Origin: Macrostomum lignano
Taxonomy: Eukaryota
Assembly: GCA_002269645.1 (NCBI GenBank)
Contig: NIVC01002755.1
Location: forward strand, 62,001 to 126,000
DNA length: 64,000 nt
Direction of reading: 5' to 3'
A program made the translations under genes and the position numbers. Of this stretch, positions 11,151 to 38,829 are shown piece after piece. Every line of letters starts with the position of its first letter. Within the stretch, counting starts at the first letter, position 1. The notes under the pieces were generated by a model. It did no database searches and was not told the origin of the DNA. It was given only the letters and a program-made list of their open reading frames with translations.

Positions 11151-12599
11151 GATTACTTTTACATGAGTAAGCGACTACTGGCACACCAGGGAAGCTACTA
11201 CTGGCACACCAGGGAAGCTACTACTGGCACACCAGGTAGCTTAACTTCCTTAAGTAAGGTATTTGAAAGATTGTCTGGATTTATTTTTACGGTTTTTTTC
11301 AAATGACTTAACAACTTACATACAACCCGACTAATTAAATATAGTTAGTTAAATAAAATAATTTAAATAATTATTTAAATAATATTTTAAATAATTTAAA
11401 TATATAATAAATTAAAAATAATTAAATCAAAAGTAAAAAGTAGTAGTAAATTTGGCTCAGGCTTAAGGAGCCTGTTATGCCAGTATGATTCGATTTATTT
11501 AGTATTTATTCAAAAGGTTAAATTTTACACGATCGCTGAAAACGATTACTACACGATATTTGTATTAAGTAGACTATAAATCGATATTTGTATAAATAGT
11601 AGTAGTAGTAGTAGTAAGTTGGCTCAGGCAAGAAGCCTGTTTGGCCAGTATATTTCTGTGTATTTAAGTTATTTTAGCATTAGTTGTTTAATTACGATTA
11701 AGTTCAAAAGGTTAAATTTGTTCAAAAGGTTAAATTTTTACACGAGTTACGATGCGAGTTACGATATTTGTAAAATTATTAAGGTATTATTAAAATTAAT
11801 ATTATTATTAAATTATTATAAAATGTAGACGGTTAAAATCAGTTTAAATTTTAAATACTTTTAAGTAAGCTATAACAAAAACAACTTACGAATATTTTAT
11901 TTAATAAATTAAAGATCACAATATATATGGAATAAATATAAAAGAGCTAAAATAGTACTTTGTTTACTTTTTATTTGCAAATATATTAATATTATTTTTC
12001 ACTGATGAACACATGTCTCTTTCAAATTCTTTGCATTAGCATATTTAATTATCGAGTTTCACCCCAGTAGATCCGTAACAAGAAGTTGTATAAAAATACT
12101 TTCCTTTGATGTAAACATGCTCCATTTTATTATCAGTAAATTATAAATTAAAGCGATTAATTGGTAAGTTTAAAGTATTTTTCCTAAGGATCAGAATTGT
12201 TTTGATATGCTGAGAATTCGCATTAAAAATTCAATCTCTCTAGCTAGACGGATATTAGTTGTTCGCACCTGGAAAATCTACTAAAAATGCTACAATTTTT
12301 ATACGCTTTCTTTATTTTAAATAGCTTGATGGCCTAATAGGACATGCCTTTGTCGTATTTATGTGTATACTGATGGTCAGTTTAACGAAGTTATCAAAAT
12401 CATCAGCTATAAATTTGGCAGAGATGATTTAGGTAGGCTTCTTCGTTTGGTTAGAAAAGATGTTTTTGTGTCTTGCTACTTCTTTATATTATTAAAGCTG
12501 CATAAATAATGAGTTGATTTCGGAAAAAAATAACTCCTAAATCTAGTTGTTTTAAAAGGCAACCATTGCTGTTATTTAAATTGTAACAGAAACTGCTCA

Positions 12600-27987
<15,388 letters not shown>

Positions 27988-28344
27988 CTGCTTAGTCAAG
28001 CAAAACTTCTTTCCTCAGATTAGATTTCTATACTGCTACTGGCAGTAGAGTCATGCGCTTCGAGCGTCATTTTATTTGTTAAAACTGTCTCAACTGCCAG
28101 CCATGGCGATCCTAAACTGCGCGTCAGAAATATATAGCTTAACTCTGCTTTGAAGTTTACTAAGATAGATCTTTTCGTATTTTGCACTGAATCGGTGCGT
28201 TGCCTTTCTTTCAAGAGCCCAGCGTGCTAATCACGGTATGGGTTATTCACAATGAGCCACTTGAAATGATGAGTTAGTCAAAGCATCTCAGACTGCTTTA
28301 GGGTCAAGGTGTACATGCCTGACAACTGACGAGAAATTCAGGAC

Positions 28345-28950
28345 CTGAGTGTGTGCCTGAGTGTGTGCCTGAGTGTGTGTATGAGTGTGTGCCTGAGTGT
28401 GTGCCTGAGTGTGTGCCTAAGTGTGTGTATGAGTGTGTACCTGAGTGTGTGCCTGAGTGTGAGCTTGAGTGTGTGCCTGAGTGTGTACCTGAGTGTGTGC
28501 CTGAGTGTGAGCTTGAGTGTGTGCCTGAGTGTGTGCCTGATTGTGCATGACTGAGTGTGTGTGCCAGGAGTGTCTGTGCCTGAGTGTGTGTGCCTGAGTG
28601 TGTGTGCCTGAGTGTGTACCTGAGTGTGTGTACCTGAGTGTGTGCCTGAGTGTGTGCCTGAGTGTGTGCCTGAGTGTGTGTGCCTGAGTGTGTGCCTGAT
28701 TGTGCATGACTGAGTGTGTGTGCCAGGAGTGTCTGTGCCTGAGTGTGTGCCTGAGTGCGTGTCTGAGTGTGTGTGCTTGAGTGTGTGTGCCTGATTGTGT
28801 GTTTCTGAGTTTGTGCCTGAGTGTGCATGTCTGAGTGTGTGTGCCAGGAGTGTCTGTGCCAGGAGTGTCTGTGCCTGAGTGTGTGCCTCAGTGTGTGTGC
28901 TTGATTGTGCGTGCCTGTGTGTGTGCCTGTGTGCCTGAGTGTGTGTGCTG
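28345..28950. repeat. Degenerate TGAGTGTGTGCC repeat downstream of TRPM
   Basis: 12-14-bp TG-rich units. Confidence 0.9.
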
Positions 28951-29639
28951 CCTTGATTTTCGGCGGTGCCCAAAGCCTGGCTGCAAACTCGGGATGAAGA
29001 TAGCAGAATCTTTAAGGCTTGGTCGGACTGAGTCGGATGCAGGCAAGCCTACAAGTTGGCAGCCAGCCCCCGTGGATGCTGAGGCATGCATTGTAGCAAT
29101 TTTTTTATTTTACTTTTTATCATTCTTTTGTCCCTGACGTCTATAAGTTGGTCCTCGGCAAGCGGGTTGTGACAATAGAGAAGCAGATTCACTGACTGCG
29201 CACGACTCAACATGGCCGGGTCCTCTCTGCTGCCGCTCATCTTCGCCCTCGTCTGCTTTGGTAATTTGCAGCCTGACTGCTTCTGATCTGCCAGCTGACA
29301 ATGTCCACCTACTAGCATTCCAGAGTGTGTTGCAGCCCTGATCTGCCAGCTGACAATGTCCATCTTGATCAGCCGCGTGTCCAGCGAGAACAGCAACTTA
29401 ACGTCCAGCTGTCCGGGATCCACAAGATGCAGATCCTACTTCCCGCTTGGGGTGAGCGCAGCTCCAAGGACATCGCCCTGCTTGAAAATAGCTTATCTGA
29501 AAACAATTATACCCCCAGCCATCCCAGCGATGATGGCCTCATAGAGGGTGGGGAACTGCAATTACCAGCTGACAAAGCCTCTCTAACAGACTAATAATAA
29601 TAGATAATAATTGATTACATCTACTCTAATGGGCAGATG

Positions 29640-29845
29640 TGCAACCGACATCTCAGCCGCAGCTATTGCGCGGCGCATCTGAAGGCTGCATTCAGTCAAA
29701 GGACTGGAGGGTCGCCACACACACCCTCAATTACCCCAGCTAATGCTGGCACCCATTCTACAGCTGGGTGAACTGAAGCAATGTAGGGTTAAGTGTCTTG
29801 CTCAAGGATACAAATTGTTTTTTTGTGCTACAACCCCCCCCCCCT
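29640..29845 (-). mobile_element. SINE body with a conserved central-domain-like segment (Meta/CORE/V-SINE type; family unassigned)
   Basis: Minus strand reads TGTATCCTTGAGCAAGACACTTAACCCTACATTGCTTCAGTTCACCCAGCTGTAGAATGGGTGCCAGC. From memory this resembles the central domain of widespread animal tRNA-SINEs; needs a database check. Confidence 0.55.
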
Positions 29846-30747
29846 AGGCTACAGCCCCTCCACTAGGCTACAGCCCCTCCACTAGGCTACAGCCCCTCCA
29901 CTAGGCTACAGCCCCTCTACTAGGCTACAGCCCCTCCACTAGGCTACAGCCCCTCCACTAGGCTACAGCCCCTCCACTAGGCTACAGCTCCTCCACTAGG
30001 CTACAGCCCCTCCACTAGGCTACAGCCCCTCCACTAGGCTACAGCCCCTCTACTAGGCTACAGCCCCTCCACTAGGCTACAGCCCCTCCACTAGGCTACA
30101 GCCCCTCCACTAGGCTACAGCCCCTCCACTAGGCTACAGCCCCTCCACTAGGCTACAGCCCCTCCACTAGGCTACAGCCCCTCTACTAGGCTACAGCCCC
30201 TCCACTAGGCTACAGCCCCTCCACTAGGCTACAGCCCCTCTACTAGGCTACAGCCCCTCCACTAGGCTACAGCCCCTCTACTAGGCTACAGCCCCTCCCC
30301 TAGGCTACAGCTCCTCCACTAGGCTACAGCCCCTCCACTAGGCTACAGCCCCTCCACTAGGCTACAGCCCCTCCCCTAGGCTACAGCTCCTCCACTAGGC
30401 TACAGCCCCTCTACTAGGCTACAGCCCCTCCCCTAGGCTACAGCCCCTCCACTAGGCTACAGCCCCTCCCCTAGGCTACAGCCCCTCCACTAGGCTACAG
30501 CCCCTCCACTAGGCTACAGCCCCTCCCCTAGGCTACAGCCCCTCTACTAGGCTACAGCCCCTCTACTAGGCTACAGCCCCTCTACTAGGCTACAGCCCCT
30601 CCACTAGGCTACAGCCCCTCTACTAGGCTACAGCCCCTCTACTAGGCTACAGCCCCTCTACTAGGCTACAGCCCCTCCACTAGGCTACAGCCCCTCTACT
30701 AGGCTACAGCCCCTCCACTAGGCTACAGCCCCTCCACTAGGCTACAG
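29845..30747 (-). repeat. 19-bp minisatellite (about 47 copies) whose minus-strand unit is a tRNA/SINE 5' end with A box
   Basis: + unit CTAGGCTACAGCCCCTC(C/T)A; reverse complement (A)GGGGCTGTAGCCTAG(T/G)(G/A)G. Confidence 0.9.
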
Positions 30748-30989
30748 GGGAGGCAACCATGAGCGCTGACAACTGCGAGCGGGTCTGCATAGAGCAGCTT
30801 CGATTCCCAAACTTCAACTGCAGCTGCCGCAGCTGCCGCAGTGGCCGCTTGTTGTCTCTTCGTGCTGACCTTGACGAGCCAGGTCTGACTGCTCTCGGAG
30901 ATGAAGACAAGTCTTTTCTGCCATTCAAACTCTGCAGCGATATCCCGATTGTTTAATGTGCGCTTGTAAATCGTAACTGACTTCGATTT

Positions 30990-32095
30990 TTTTAATTACA
31001 GAATGCGTAGTTCTGAGCCACTAACCAAAGAATCGAGTAATGATAAGCAGACAAGCGCCTTACTAGCTGCTAATACTTTGTACTGACAGTACCATGCAGT
31101 GTTTAACCATTTGGAAGCCAAAGGCCTGCACTGCAGGCCATACCGAAATTGAAAAATGTCTATGGCATCAAAAATCATCTCCCAATCACTAAAGCAAGTG
31201 CCCAGTATGGCTGCTGTGCAGGCCATGACTGATTTAAAGACCTTCATTATGCATTTCCATTGTGTTTTCACTCAAATGGGAAATGTTAAAGGGGAAATAA
31301 AGCGTGGATGAATTAGCATGGATCTGGACAGAGACCAGGATTTCCGGGACATTGGCTGCAGCAAAATACTGTCTTCTTAGCTGTAACGTCAGGTTTCAAA
31401 TTCGGAATCGTTTGCTTGGGCGAGTCTGGCCTTCTGTTGCTGGGAGTCGTCCGTGTATTTGTGGTATCCTTCGCCCAGCACTTCGCGGCTAAGCTCAACA
31501 ACAACTCTCGCTCTCTTCCTCGCCATTTTCTGCACTCTCCTGCTGGAACTCCCTGACTGCCAACCACATTCGCTCATTGGTCCATGTGACAAGACTGTGG
31601 TGAGAAACTCTTCAGTCAGGAAGATTGATAAAAAACTCAAAAACCGTCGAGTCTTAGCAGGCAGTAAACTTAGCAGGCAACTCAACAAAAAGCGTAGCAG
31701 TTAGGGAATTCCTGACTGTTGTCAAGGAAGCTTGCCGTGAGCAGGTCAACGCTGTCGCGGGAGAATCTGAACAGCCGCTGGTACTCGCAATCTCGAAGGA
31801 CATCAGACGAAAGCCTTTCAAGGTAGAGCTTGCGCCTTGCAGGAGCGATTTCAGGCATAAATTCCGCCATTCAACTGCAGTTGCTTGCCAGTTGAGTCAG
31901 CTAGGTAGCTGTCTCAACATTTTGTGAGCAATTGCTCCGATCTTTTGTCTATGGCCATGTTTTTATTCTTACTGACTGGAGTAATTGCTCTGCAGCTGAG
32001 AATTTTCTCATGAGTCGGAGCAAATGCTCAACTTATTCTTATTGACCTGAGCATTTGCTTGAGTTTGAGCATTTGCTCAGTTTATTCATACGGCC
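30990..32095 (-). mobile_element. Possible PIF/Harbinger relic
   Basis: Minus ORF 31682-31870 has LSSDVLRDCEYQRLFRFSRDSVDLL, like the N-terminus of Harbinger (DDE_Tnp_4) transposases. A possible terminus GGCCGTATGAATAAACTGAGC (reverse complement) ends at 32095. No matching second TIR was found. Confidence 0.3.
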
Positions 32096-32482
32096 TATTG
32101 CTTGATAAAGAGTCTTTCGAATCGGAATCGAGTCCCAGTGTACGCAAGGCGTTACTTTTAGCTGTCCTATTCGGCAGCGTAAAAGCCATTTGTGGGTAGG
32201 AAGGTTTGAACAGGAGCTAGCTGAAAAACTCTGTGATATACTTTACTTCTGGGCTTTTAGGGTGTGCACTCGATTCAGCAAAAAAGACAAATTTGTCTAT
32301 GGACTGCTCTGCAGGCCTTTGGGCTTTTAAGCCATCTTACAGAACCAATTAGCTTGGGCGCGAAGTGGTTAATGCTTTTTTACAATTGACAACGAAACTA
32401 TTCACATTGGGCACTTTGTTCCAATATTTTTTGTAAAGCAAGTTAATTTTCACTGTTTTAAGTTCTTCCACTTATGGTGATC

Positions 32483-33200
32483 AGCACACACCGGTCATGA
32501 GCACACACCGGTCATGAGCACACACCGGTCATGAGCACACACCGGTCATGAGCACACACCGGTCATGAGCACACACCGGTCATGAGCACACACCGGTCAT
32601 GAGCACACACTGGTCATGACCACACACTGGTCATGAGCACACACCGGTCATGAGCACACACTGGTCATGAGCACACACCGGTCATGAGCACACACCGGTC
32701 ATGAGCACACACTGGTCATGAGCACACACCGGTCATGAGCACACACCGGTCATGAGCACACACTGGTCATGAGCACACACTGGTCATGAGCACACACCGG
32801 TCATGAGCACACACCGGTCATGAGCACACACTGGTCATGAGCACACACCGGTCATGAGCACACACCGGTCATGAGCACACACTGGTCATGAGCACACACT
32901 GGTCATGAGCACACACCGGTCATGAGCACACACCGGTCATGAGCACACACCGGTCATGAGCACACACTGGTCATGAGCACACACCGGTCATGAGCACACA
33001 CCGGTCATGAGCACACACCGGTCATGAGCACACACTGGTCATGAGCACACACTGGTCATGAGCACACACCGGTCATGAGCACACACCGGTCATGAGCACA
33101 CACTGGTCATGAGCACACACCGGTCATGAGCACACACCGGTCATGAGCACACACCGGTCATGAGCACACACTGGTCATGAGCACACACCGGTCATGAGCA
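32483..33200. repeat. 17-bp minisatellite (about 42 copies)
   Basis: GAGCACACAC(C/T)GGTCAT, highly homogeneous. Confidence 0.95.
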
Positions 33201-33409
33201 GACGCTCTGGCTCAGAACAGTCAAGAGGCCAGGCTTTCAAACCAAAATAATGGAAAAGGCAGAAGAGGTGACATTTTGAGCACAATGAAAATCAAATTTC
33301 TAGAAAAATTAAAAAGTTGTTTGATTTATTTGTAAAAACTGGGAAACAGAAACCTCTCGAGCATCACTTCAGCAACATGGCCAGCCGCAAGCACAGGCTA
33401 AATACCCTT

Positions 33410-33715
33410 AATCACTTGCTTAACTCCTTAAATCTCACCCCTAGTTCACTAGCTCAACTCCTTAAATCTCACCCCTAAATCACTAGCGTAATTCCTTAAA
33501 TCTCACCCCTAAATCAACTAGCTTAACTCCTTAAATCTCACCTCTAGTTCACTAGCTTAACTCCTTAAATCTCACCTCTAGTTCACTAGCTTATCTCCTT
33601 AAATCTCACCGCTAGATCACTAGCTCAACTCCTTAAATCTCACCGCTAGATCACTAGCTTAACTCCTTAAATCTCACCGCTAGATCACTAGCTCAACTCC
33701 TTAAATCTCACCCCT
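33410..33715. repeat. About 34-bp minisatellite (about 9 copies)
   Basis: AACTCCTTAAATCTCACCGCTAGATCACTAGCT(C/T). Confidence 0.85.
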
Positions 33716-33830
33716 GCATGCAGAGCAGTAGCCTATATCCGTACACCTCACGAAATCGATCAGCTGCTGAAGGTCCAATGCAGGATCAGTTGCAGCTTCA
33801 GCAAAGGTCAATGGCCACCAATCCAGGTCT

Positions 33831-36682
33831 CTAGAAGTGCCTGGACAGCGACTGCAGCTGCTGCTCCACGAACTCCGGCGCGAATTCCGCCAGCAGCACC
33901 ACCGGCCGGATGGTCCAAGGACTCGCCAGCTCACGCAGCCGGCCCACCGGAATGGCGGCGATGTCCGTGGCGGTGTCGGCGGGCGACGCCAGCGGAATGC
34001 TCACCTTGTAGTACTTCCTGCATTGCGGACAGTGGCGCAGGTCGCTGAGCTGAGAAGTACAGACAGCACCCATCTAGAGATCCTGGCACCCATCTAGAGA
34101 TCCTGGCACCCATCTAGAGATCCTGGCACCCATCTAGAGATCCTGGCACCCATCTAGAGATCCTGGCACCCATCTAGAGATCCTGGCACCCATCTAGAGA
34201 TCCTGGCACCCATCTAGAGATCCTGGCACCCATCTAGAGATCCTGGCACCCATCTAGAGATCCTGGCACCCATCTAGAGATCCTGGCACCCATCTAGAGA
34301 TCCTGGCACCCATCTAGAGATCCTGGCACCCATCTAGAGATCCTGGCACCCATCTAGAGATCCTGGCACCCATCTAGAGATCCTGGCAGCCATCTAAAGA
34401 CTCTGGCACCCATCTAGAGATCCTGGCAGCCATCTAAAGACTCTGGCACCCATCTAGAGATCCTGACAGCCATCTAAGGATCCTGGGACCCATATCAAGA
34501 GACCTATCTAGAGAGCCTATCTAGAGACCCTGACACTCATCTAGATATCCTGACATCCATCTAAGGACCCTGGCATAAATGTACCAAGAAATCCCTAGAT
34601 ATATATCTGGGACAGATCTCGAGGCGTATCTAGAGATCCCGAACCATATCGAGAAAAATGGCAATGTAAAGATCATTGAACCAATATAGAGATTTTCAAA
34701 CTCATTTAGAGACCTATTTGCCTACCCTGAGATTCCTCTAAACATCTAGAGAACTTTAAAAAAACTTTTAGAGATCTTCTTACACATTTAGAGATCCTTT
34801 CCCCATCTAGAGATCCTTTCCCCATCTAGAGATCTTTTCCCCATCTAGAGATCCTTTCCCCATCTAGAGATCCTTTCCCCATCTAGAGATCCTTTCCCCA
34901 TCTAGAGATCCTTTCCCCATCTAGAGATCCTTTCCCCATCTAGAAATCCTTTCCCCATCTAGAGATCCTTTCCCCATCTAGAGATCCTTTCCCCATCTAG
35001 AGATCCTTTCCCCATCTAGAGATCCTTTCCCCATCTAGAGATCCTTTCCCCATCTAGAGATCCTTTCCCCATCTAGAAATCCTTTCCCCATCTAGAGATC
35101 CTTTCCCCATCTAGAGATCCTTTCCCCATCTAGAGATCCTTTCCCCATCTAGAGATCTTTTCCCCATCTAGAGATCCTTTCCCCATCTAGAGATCCTTTC
35201 CCCATCTAGAGATCCTTTCACACACCCAGAGACCCAGCCAAATAAGCACAGAGCAGGAAATTTATCCCAAGGCCCAACTCACGGCAACACGCGGCGCGCG
35301 CTCTCGGTGCCGATGCTGCCGATGAGGGCCAGGCCGGCGTGCACGGCCGACCCGTTCAGCGCCAGCTCCTGGCGCAGCGCCGAGAAGAAGCCGCCGAGGG
35401 CGCGCTTGGAGGCGCAGTACTCGTAGCAGTAGGGGATGGGCAGGCGGGCGGCGGCCGAGGAGATCAGCACGAGGCTGCCGGCCGACTTCTCCAGGTGCGG
35501 CAGGGCGGCCCGGGCGGCCTCAGCGTAGCTGAAGTAGTTCGTCTGCATGGCGGCCCGCTGCCCCTGTGCAGAGTCCGGGGCGGCCCGGGCCACAGTGGCG
35601 AACTCGGACGGGCTGATGTGGTTCACCACCGCAATGTCCAGGCCGCCCATCGCTGCGGCCGCGGCGGCCACCAGACGGGCGGCCTCGCCGGGCTTGGACA
35701 GGTCGGCCGCGATCGGGTGCACGCTGGCCGCGCCCCGCCTGCGGCACTCGGCGACCACCTGCGATGGGGGAATGAGTGACGGGATGGGGGAATGAGTGAC
35801 GGGATGGGGGAATGAGTGACGGGATGGGGAATGAGTGACGGGATGGGGAATGAGTGACGGGATGGGGAATGAGTGACGGGATGGGGAATGAGTGACGGGA
35901 TGGGGAATGAGTGACGGGATGGGGAATGAGTGACGGGATGGGGAATGAGTGACGGGATGGGGGAAATGAGTGACGGGATGGGGAATGAGTGACGGGATGG
36001 GGGAATGAGTGACGGGATGGGGAATGAGAGACGGGATGGGGGAATAAGTGACGGGATGGGAAAATGAGAGACGGGATGGTGAAATGAGAGACGGGATGGG
36101 GGAAATGAGTGACGGGATGGGAAAATGAGTGACGGGATGGGAAAATGAGTGACGGGATGGGAAAATGAGAGACGGGATGGTGAAATGAGAGACGGGATGG
36201 GGGAAATGAGTGACGGGATGGGAAAATGAGAGACGGGATGGGAAAATGAGAGACGGGATGGTGAAATGAGAGACGGGATGGGGGAAATGAGTGACGGGAT
36301 GGGAAAATGAGTGACGGGATGGGGGAAATGAGTGACGGGATGGGGGAAATGAGTGACGGGATGGGGGAAATGGGTGACGGGATGGGGGAAATGAGTGACG
36401 GGATGGGGGAAAGCGCAGTGAATCAGCCGGCAGCACCTCCTGCAGTGAGTTGAGGCTCCTGGCATGGACGGTGACGTGAGCTCCCACTTCGGCGTACACG
36501 TGCGCCAGCGCCTCGCCGATGCCGCGGCTGGAGCCGGTGACCAGCACCCGCTTGCCGGCCGAGTTCTCTCGGCTGGCCTGGTGCCATCTGCCGGCCACCA
36601 GGTCGAACAGGAGGCTGCGGGCGAGGCCGAACGCCAGCAGGCAGAGCGGCAGGCCCAGCACGGCTTTGGCCAGCAAATTCAT
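33831..36682 (-). CDS. HSD11B1L: Short-chain dehydrogenase/reductase, 11-beta-hydroxysteroid dehydrogenase type 1-like. Exons 36682-36437, 35758-35283, 34044-33831.
   Basis: N-terminal membrane anchor, TGSSRGIG cofactor motif, VVNHI, SSAA, catalytic YCASK, IGSIGTESA, and a C-terminal ...SPWTIRPVVLL helix like HSD11B1L. Phases 0 and 2 are consistent. Confidence 0.85.
34066..35215. repeat. Two sibling 20-bp arrays in SDR intron 2: CATCTAGAGATCCTGGCACC (about 34066-34460) and CATCTAGAGATCCTTTCCCC (about 34790-35215)
   Basis: Shared CCATCTAGAGATCCT core, with degenerate copies between the arrays. Confidence 0.9.
35765..36412. repeat. 20-22-bp minisatellite filling SDR intron 1
   Basis: GAATGAGTGACGGGATGGGG; abuts the acceptor. 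Confidence 0.9.
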
Positions 36683-36959
36683 CGCTTCTAGCGGGGTACG
36701 GAAAGTGAGCGGTTTCTAAGAAAATTGGAATTTAAATTAAACCATTTCGTATAAAACCGTTTCTAAACACAACGGCTTCAAAGCGAAGAAACGCTGCTGA
36801 ACATTAAAAAATTTTAAGATATATTCTGCCTAGTTGAGTTGCTTATTGTTTTTCTGGGATTTATTAGAAAAAAGCTGAGTAATAGGCTTATGGGATAATT
36901 TTAAGAAGCAGTTTAATATTCTGATCATATGATACTTTTAAGAAAAAATTCAATATCCT

Positions 36960-37630
36960 GCTATTAAAATCTTTCTAAGAAACTATTCAATATTATGCTT
37001 TTAGGATCTTTCTAAGAAACTATTCAATATTGTTTTAAAATTTTTCTAAGAAACCATTCAGTATTATGCTTTTAGGATCTTTCTAAGAAACTATTCAATA
37101 TTGCTTTTTAAAAATCTTTCTAAGAAACTATTCAATATTGCTTTTTTAAAATCTTTCTAAGAAACTATTCAATATTGTTTTTTTAAAATCTTTCAAAGAA
37201 ACTATTCAATATTGTTTTTAAAATCTTTCTAAGAAACTATTCAATATTGTTTTTTTAAAAATCTTTCAAAGAAACTATTCAATATTGTTTTAAAATCTTT
37301 CTAAGAAACTATTCAGTATTATGCTTTTAAAAACTTTCTAAGAAACTATTCAGTTTTATGCTTTTAGGATCTTTCTAAGAAACTATTCAGTATTGTTTTA
37401 AAATCTTTCTAAGAAACTATTCAGTATTATGCTTTTAAAAACTTTCTAAGAAACTATTCAGTTTTATGCTTTTAGGATCTTTCTAAGAAACTATTCAGTA
37501 TTGTTTTAAAATCTTTCTAAGAAACTATTCAGTATTATGCTTTTAAAAACTTTCTAAGAAACTATTCAAATTATGCTTTTAGGATCTTTCTAAGAAACTA
37601 TTCAATAATATGCTTTTAGAATATTTTTAA
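36960..37630. repeat. AT-rich ~33-36-bp minisatellite upstream of SDR
   Basis: TTTAAAATCTTTCTAAGAAACTATTCA(A/G)TATTG variants. Confidence 0.85.
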
Positions 37631-37859
37631 GAAACTTTTTCCTGAAATCTTATTTAAAGCATAGCAGCAGTCAACGATTCCAATGCACTAAACAATCAAT
37701 TCAATCAATATTCTGCTCATATATAAAAACTTGGAAAAATATGAACGAAATAAAAAATGTATTTAGAACAGTAGAAAAACTTTACCAGTTGAATACGAGC
37801 CATCAAAGTAAAATACAGTCTTGAGCAGGCTGGGGCCAATACACGGACAGCTCAACAGA

Positions 37860-38240
37860 AGGCAAAGGTGCTACAGGCATATTACAAGGATAAAAGCAGA
37901 GGACAGCCCTGGGATCGGAAGGACAGGTACTCTGCTGTAAGGACGGACAGACAAACTAAAAGCAGAAGACGGAAAGCAAGGCACAAGAAGCGCTGCTACA
38001 TCACTGAAATTCTGCTGCTATGCAGAGCTACTACTCTTAGTAAAAAAGAAAAAGCCACTTGGAATGAACTAAAAAACTCAAACTAATAGGCAGCAAATTA
38101 ACGATAGAGCTGGAGCTACTTGAAGCAAACGGAGGCTACCGAAGAATATCACAGATTGACAGAAAATATTGAAAATAAAACAAAGAGAACAACGTCAAAA
38201 CCAGCAATCGATTTCAATGTGGCCGTTCGTGTGGGAAAGT
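37860..38240 (+). mobile_element. Possible LINE endonuclease relic
   Basis: ...ATEEYHRLTENIENK...AIDFNVAVRVGK weakly resembles the APE-endonuclease K-E-E-F-Y...GDFNAKVG segment; interrupted by stops. Confidence 0.25.
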
Positions 38241-38690
38241 GTGTGGGGGAGGGTGTAGGGGATTGTATGAGGAAGGCTGTGGAGAAGAGTATGAGGAAGG
38301 GTGTAGGAGAAGGGTGTGTGGGAAGGGTGTCGGAGAAGGGTGTGGGAGAAGGGTGTGGAGGAAGGGTGTGTGGGAAGGGTGTAGGGAATGGTATGAACAG
38401 GGTGTGGGGAAGGGTGTGGGGAAGGGTGTGGAGAAGAGTTTGAGGAAGGGTGTCGGAGAAGGGTGTGGGGGAAGGGTGTGGGGAAGGGTATGAACAGAGT
38501 GTGGGCAAGGGTATGAACAGGGTGTGGGGAAGGGTATGGGAGAAGGGTGTGGGGGAAGGGTGTGGGGGAAGGGTGTGGGGAAGGGTATGAACAGGGTGTG
38601 GGGAAGGGTATGAACAGAGTGTGGGGAAGGGTATGAACAGAGTGTGGGCAAGGGTATGAACAGGGTGTGGGGAAGGGTGTGGGGAAGAGA
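38232..38690. repeat. G-rich GGGAAGGGTGTG / GGGTATGAACAG repeat
   Basis: Purine-rich tandem copies with GGG tracts (G4-prone). Confidence 0.85.
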
Positions 38691-38829
38691 TGTTTAGCTG
38701 CTCAAGGAAAACTAACGGCCTGATGAAGAAGAGTACAGGTATTGTATTCTTCGAGCAGGTGAGTGCGGAGTAAATCTGTCAGGCCAGCTCCCAGTGGATT
38801 CCAGTGCGGAGCTGCGGGCTGGCGAGCCT

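Noticed and set aside
29049-29594. Short ORFs downstream of TRPM as a separate gene
   Set aside because: No recognisable motifs or splice-consistent chain; likely repeat-derived sequence with a short internal direct repeat.
35623-36465. FPHPVTH/SRHSFP repeat 'insertion' in the SDR ORF
   Set aside because: It lies within intron 1 (35759-36436), bounded by canonical GT/AG.
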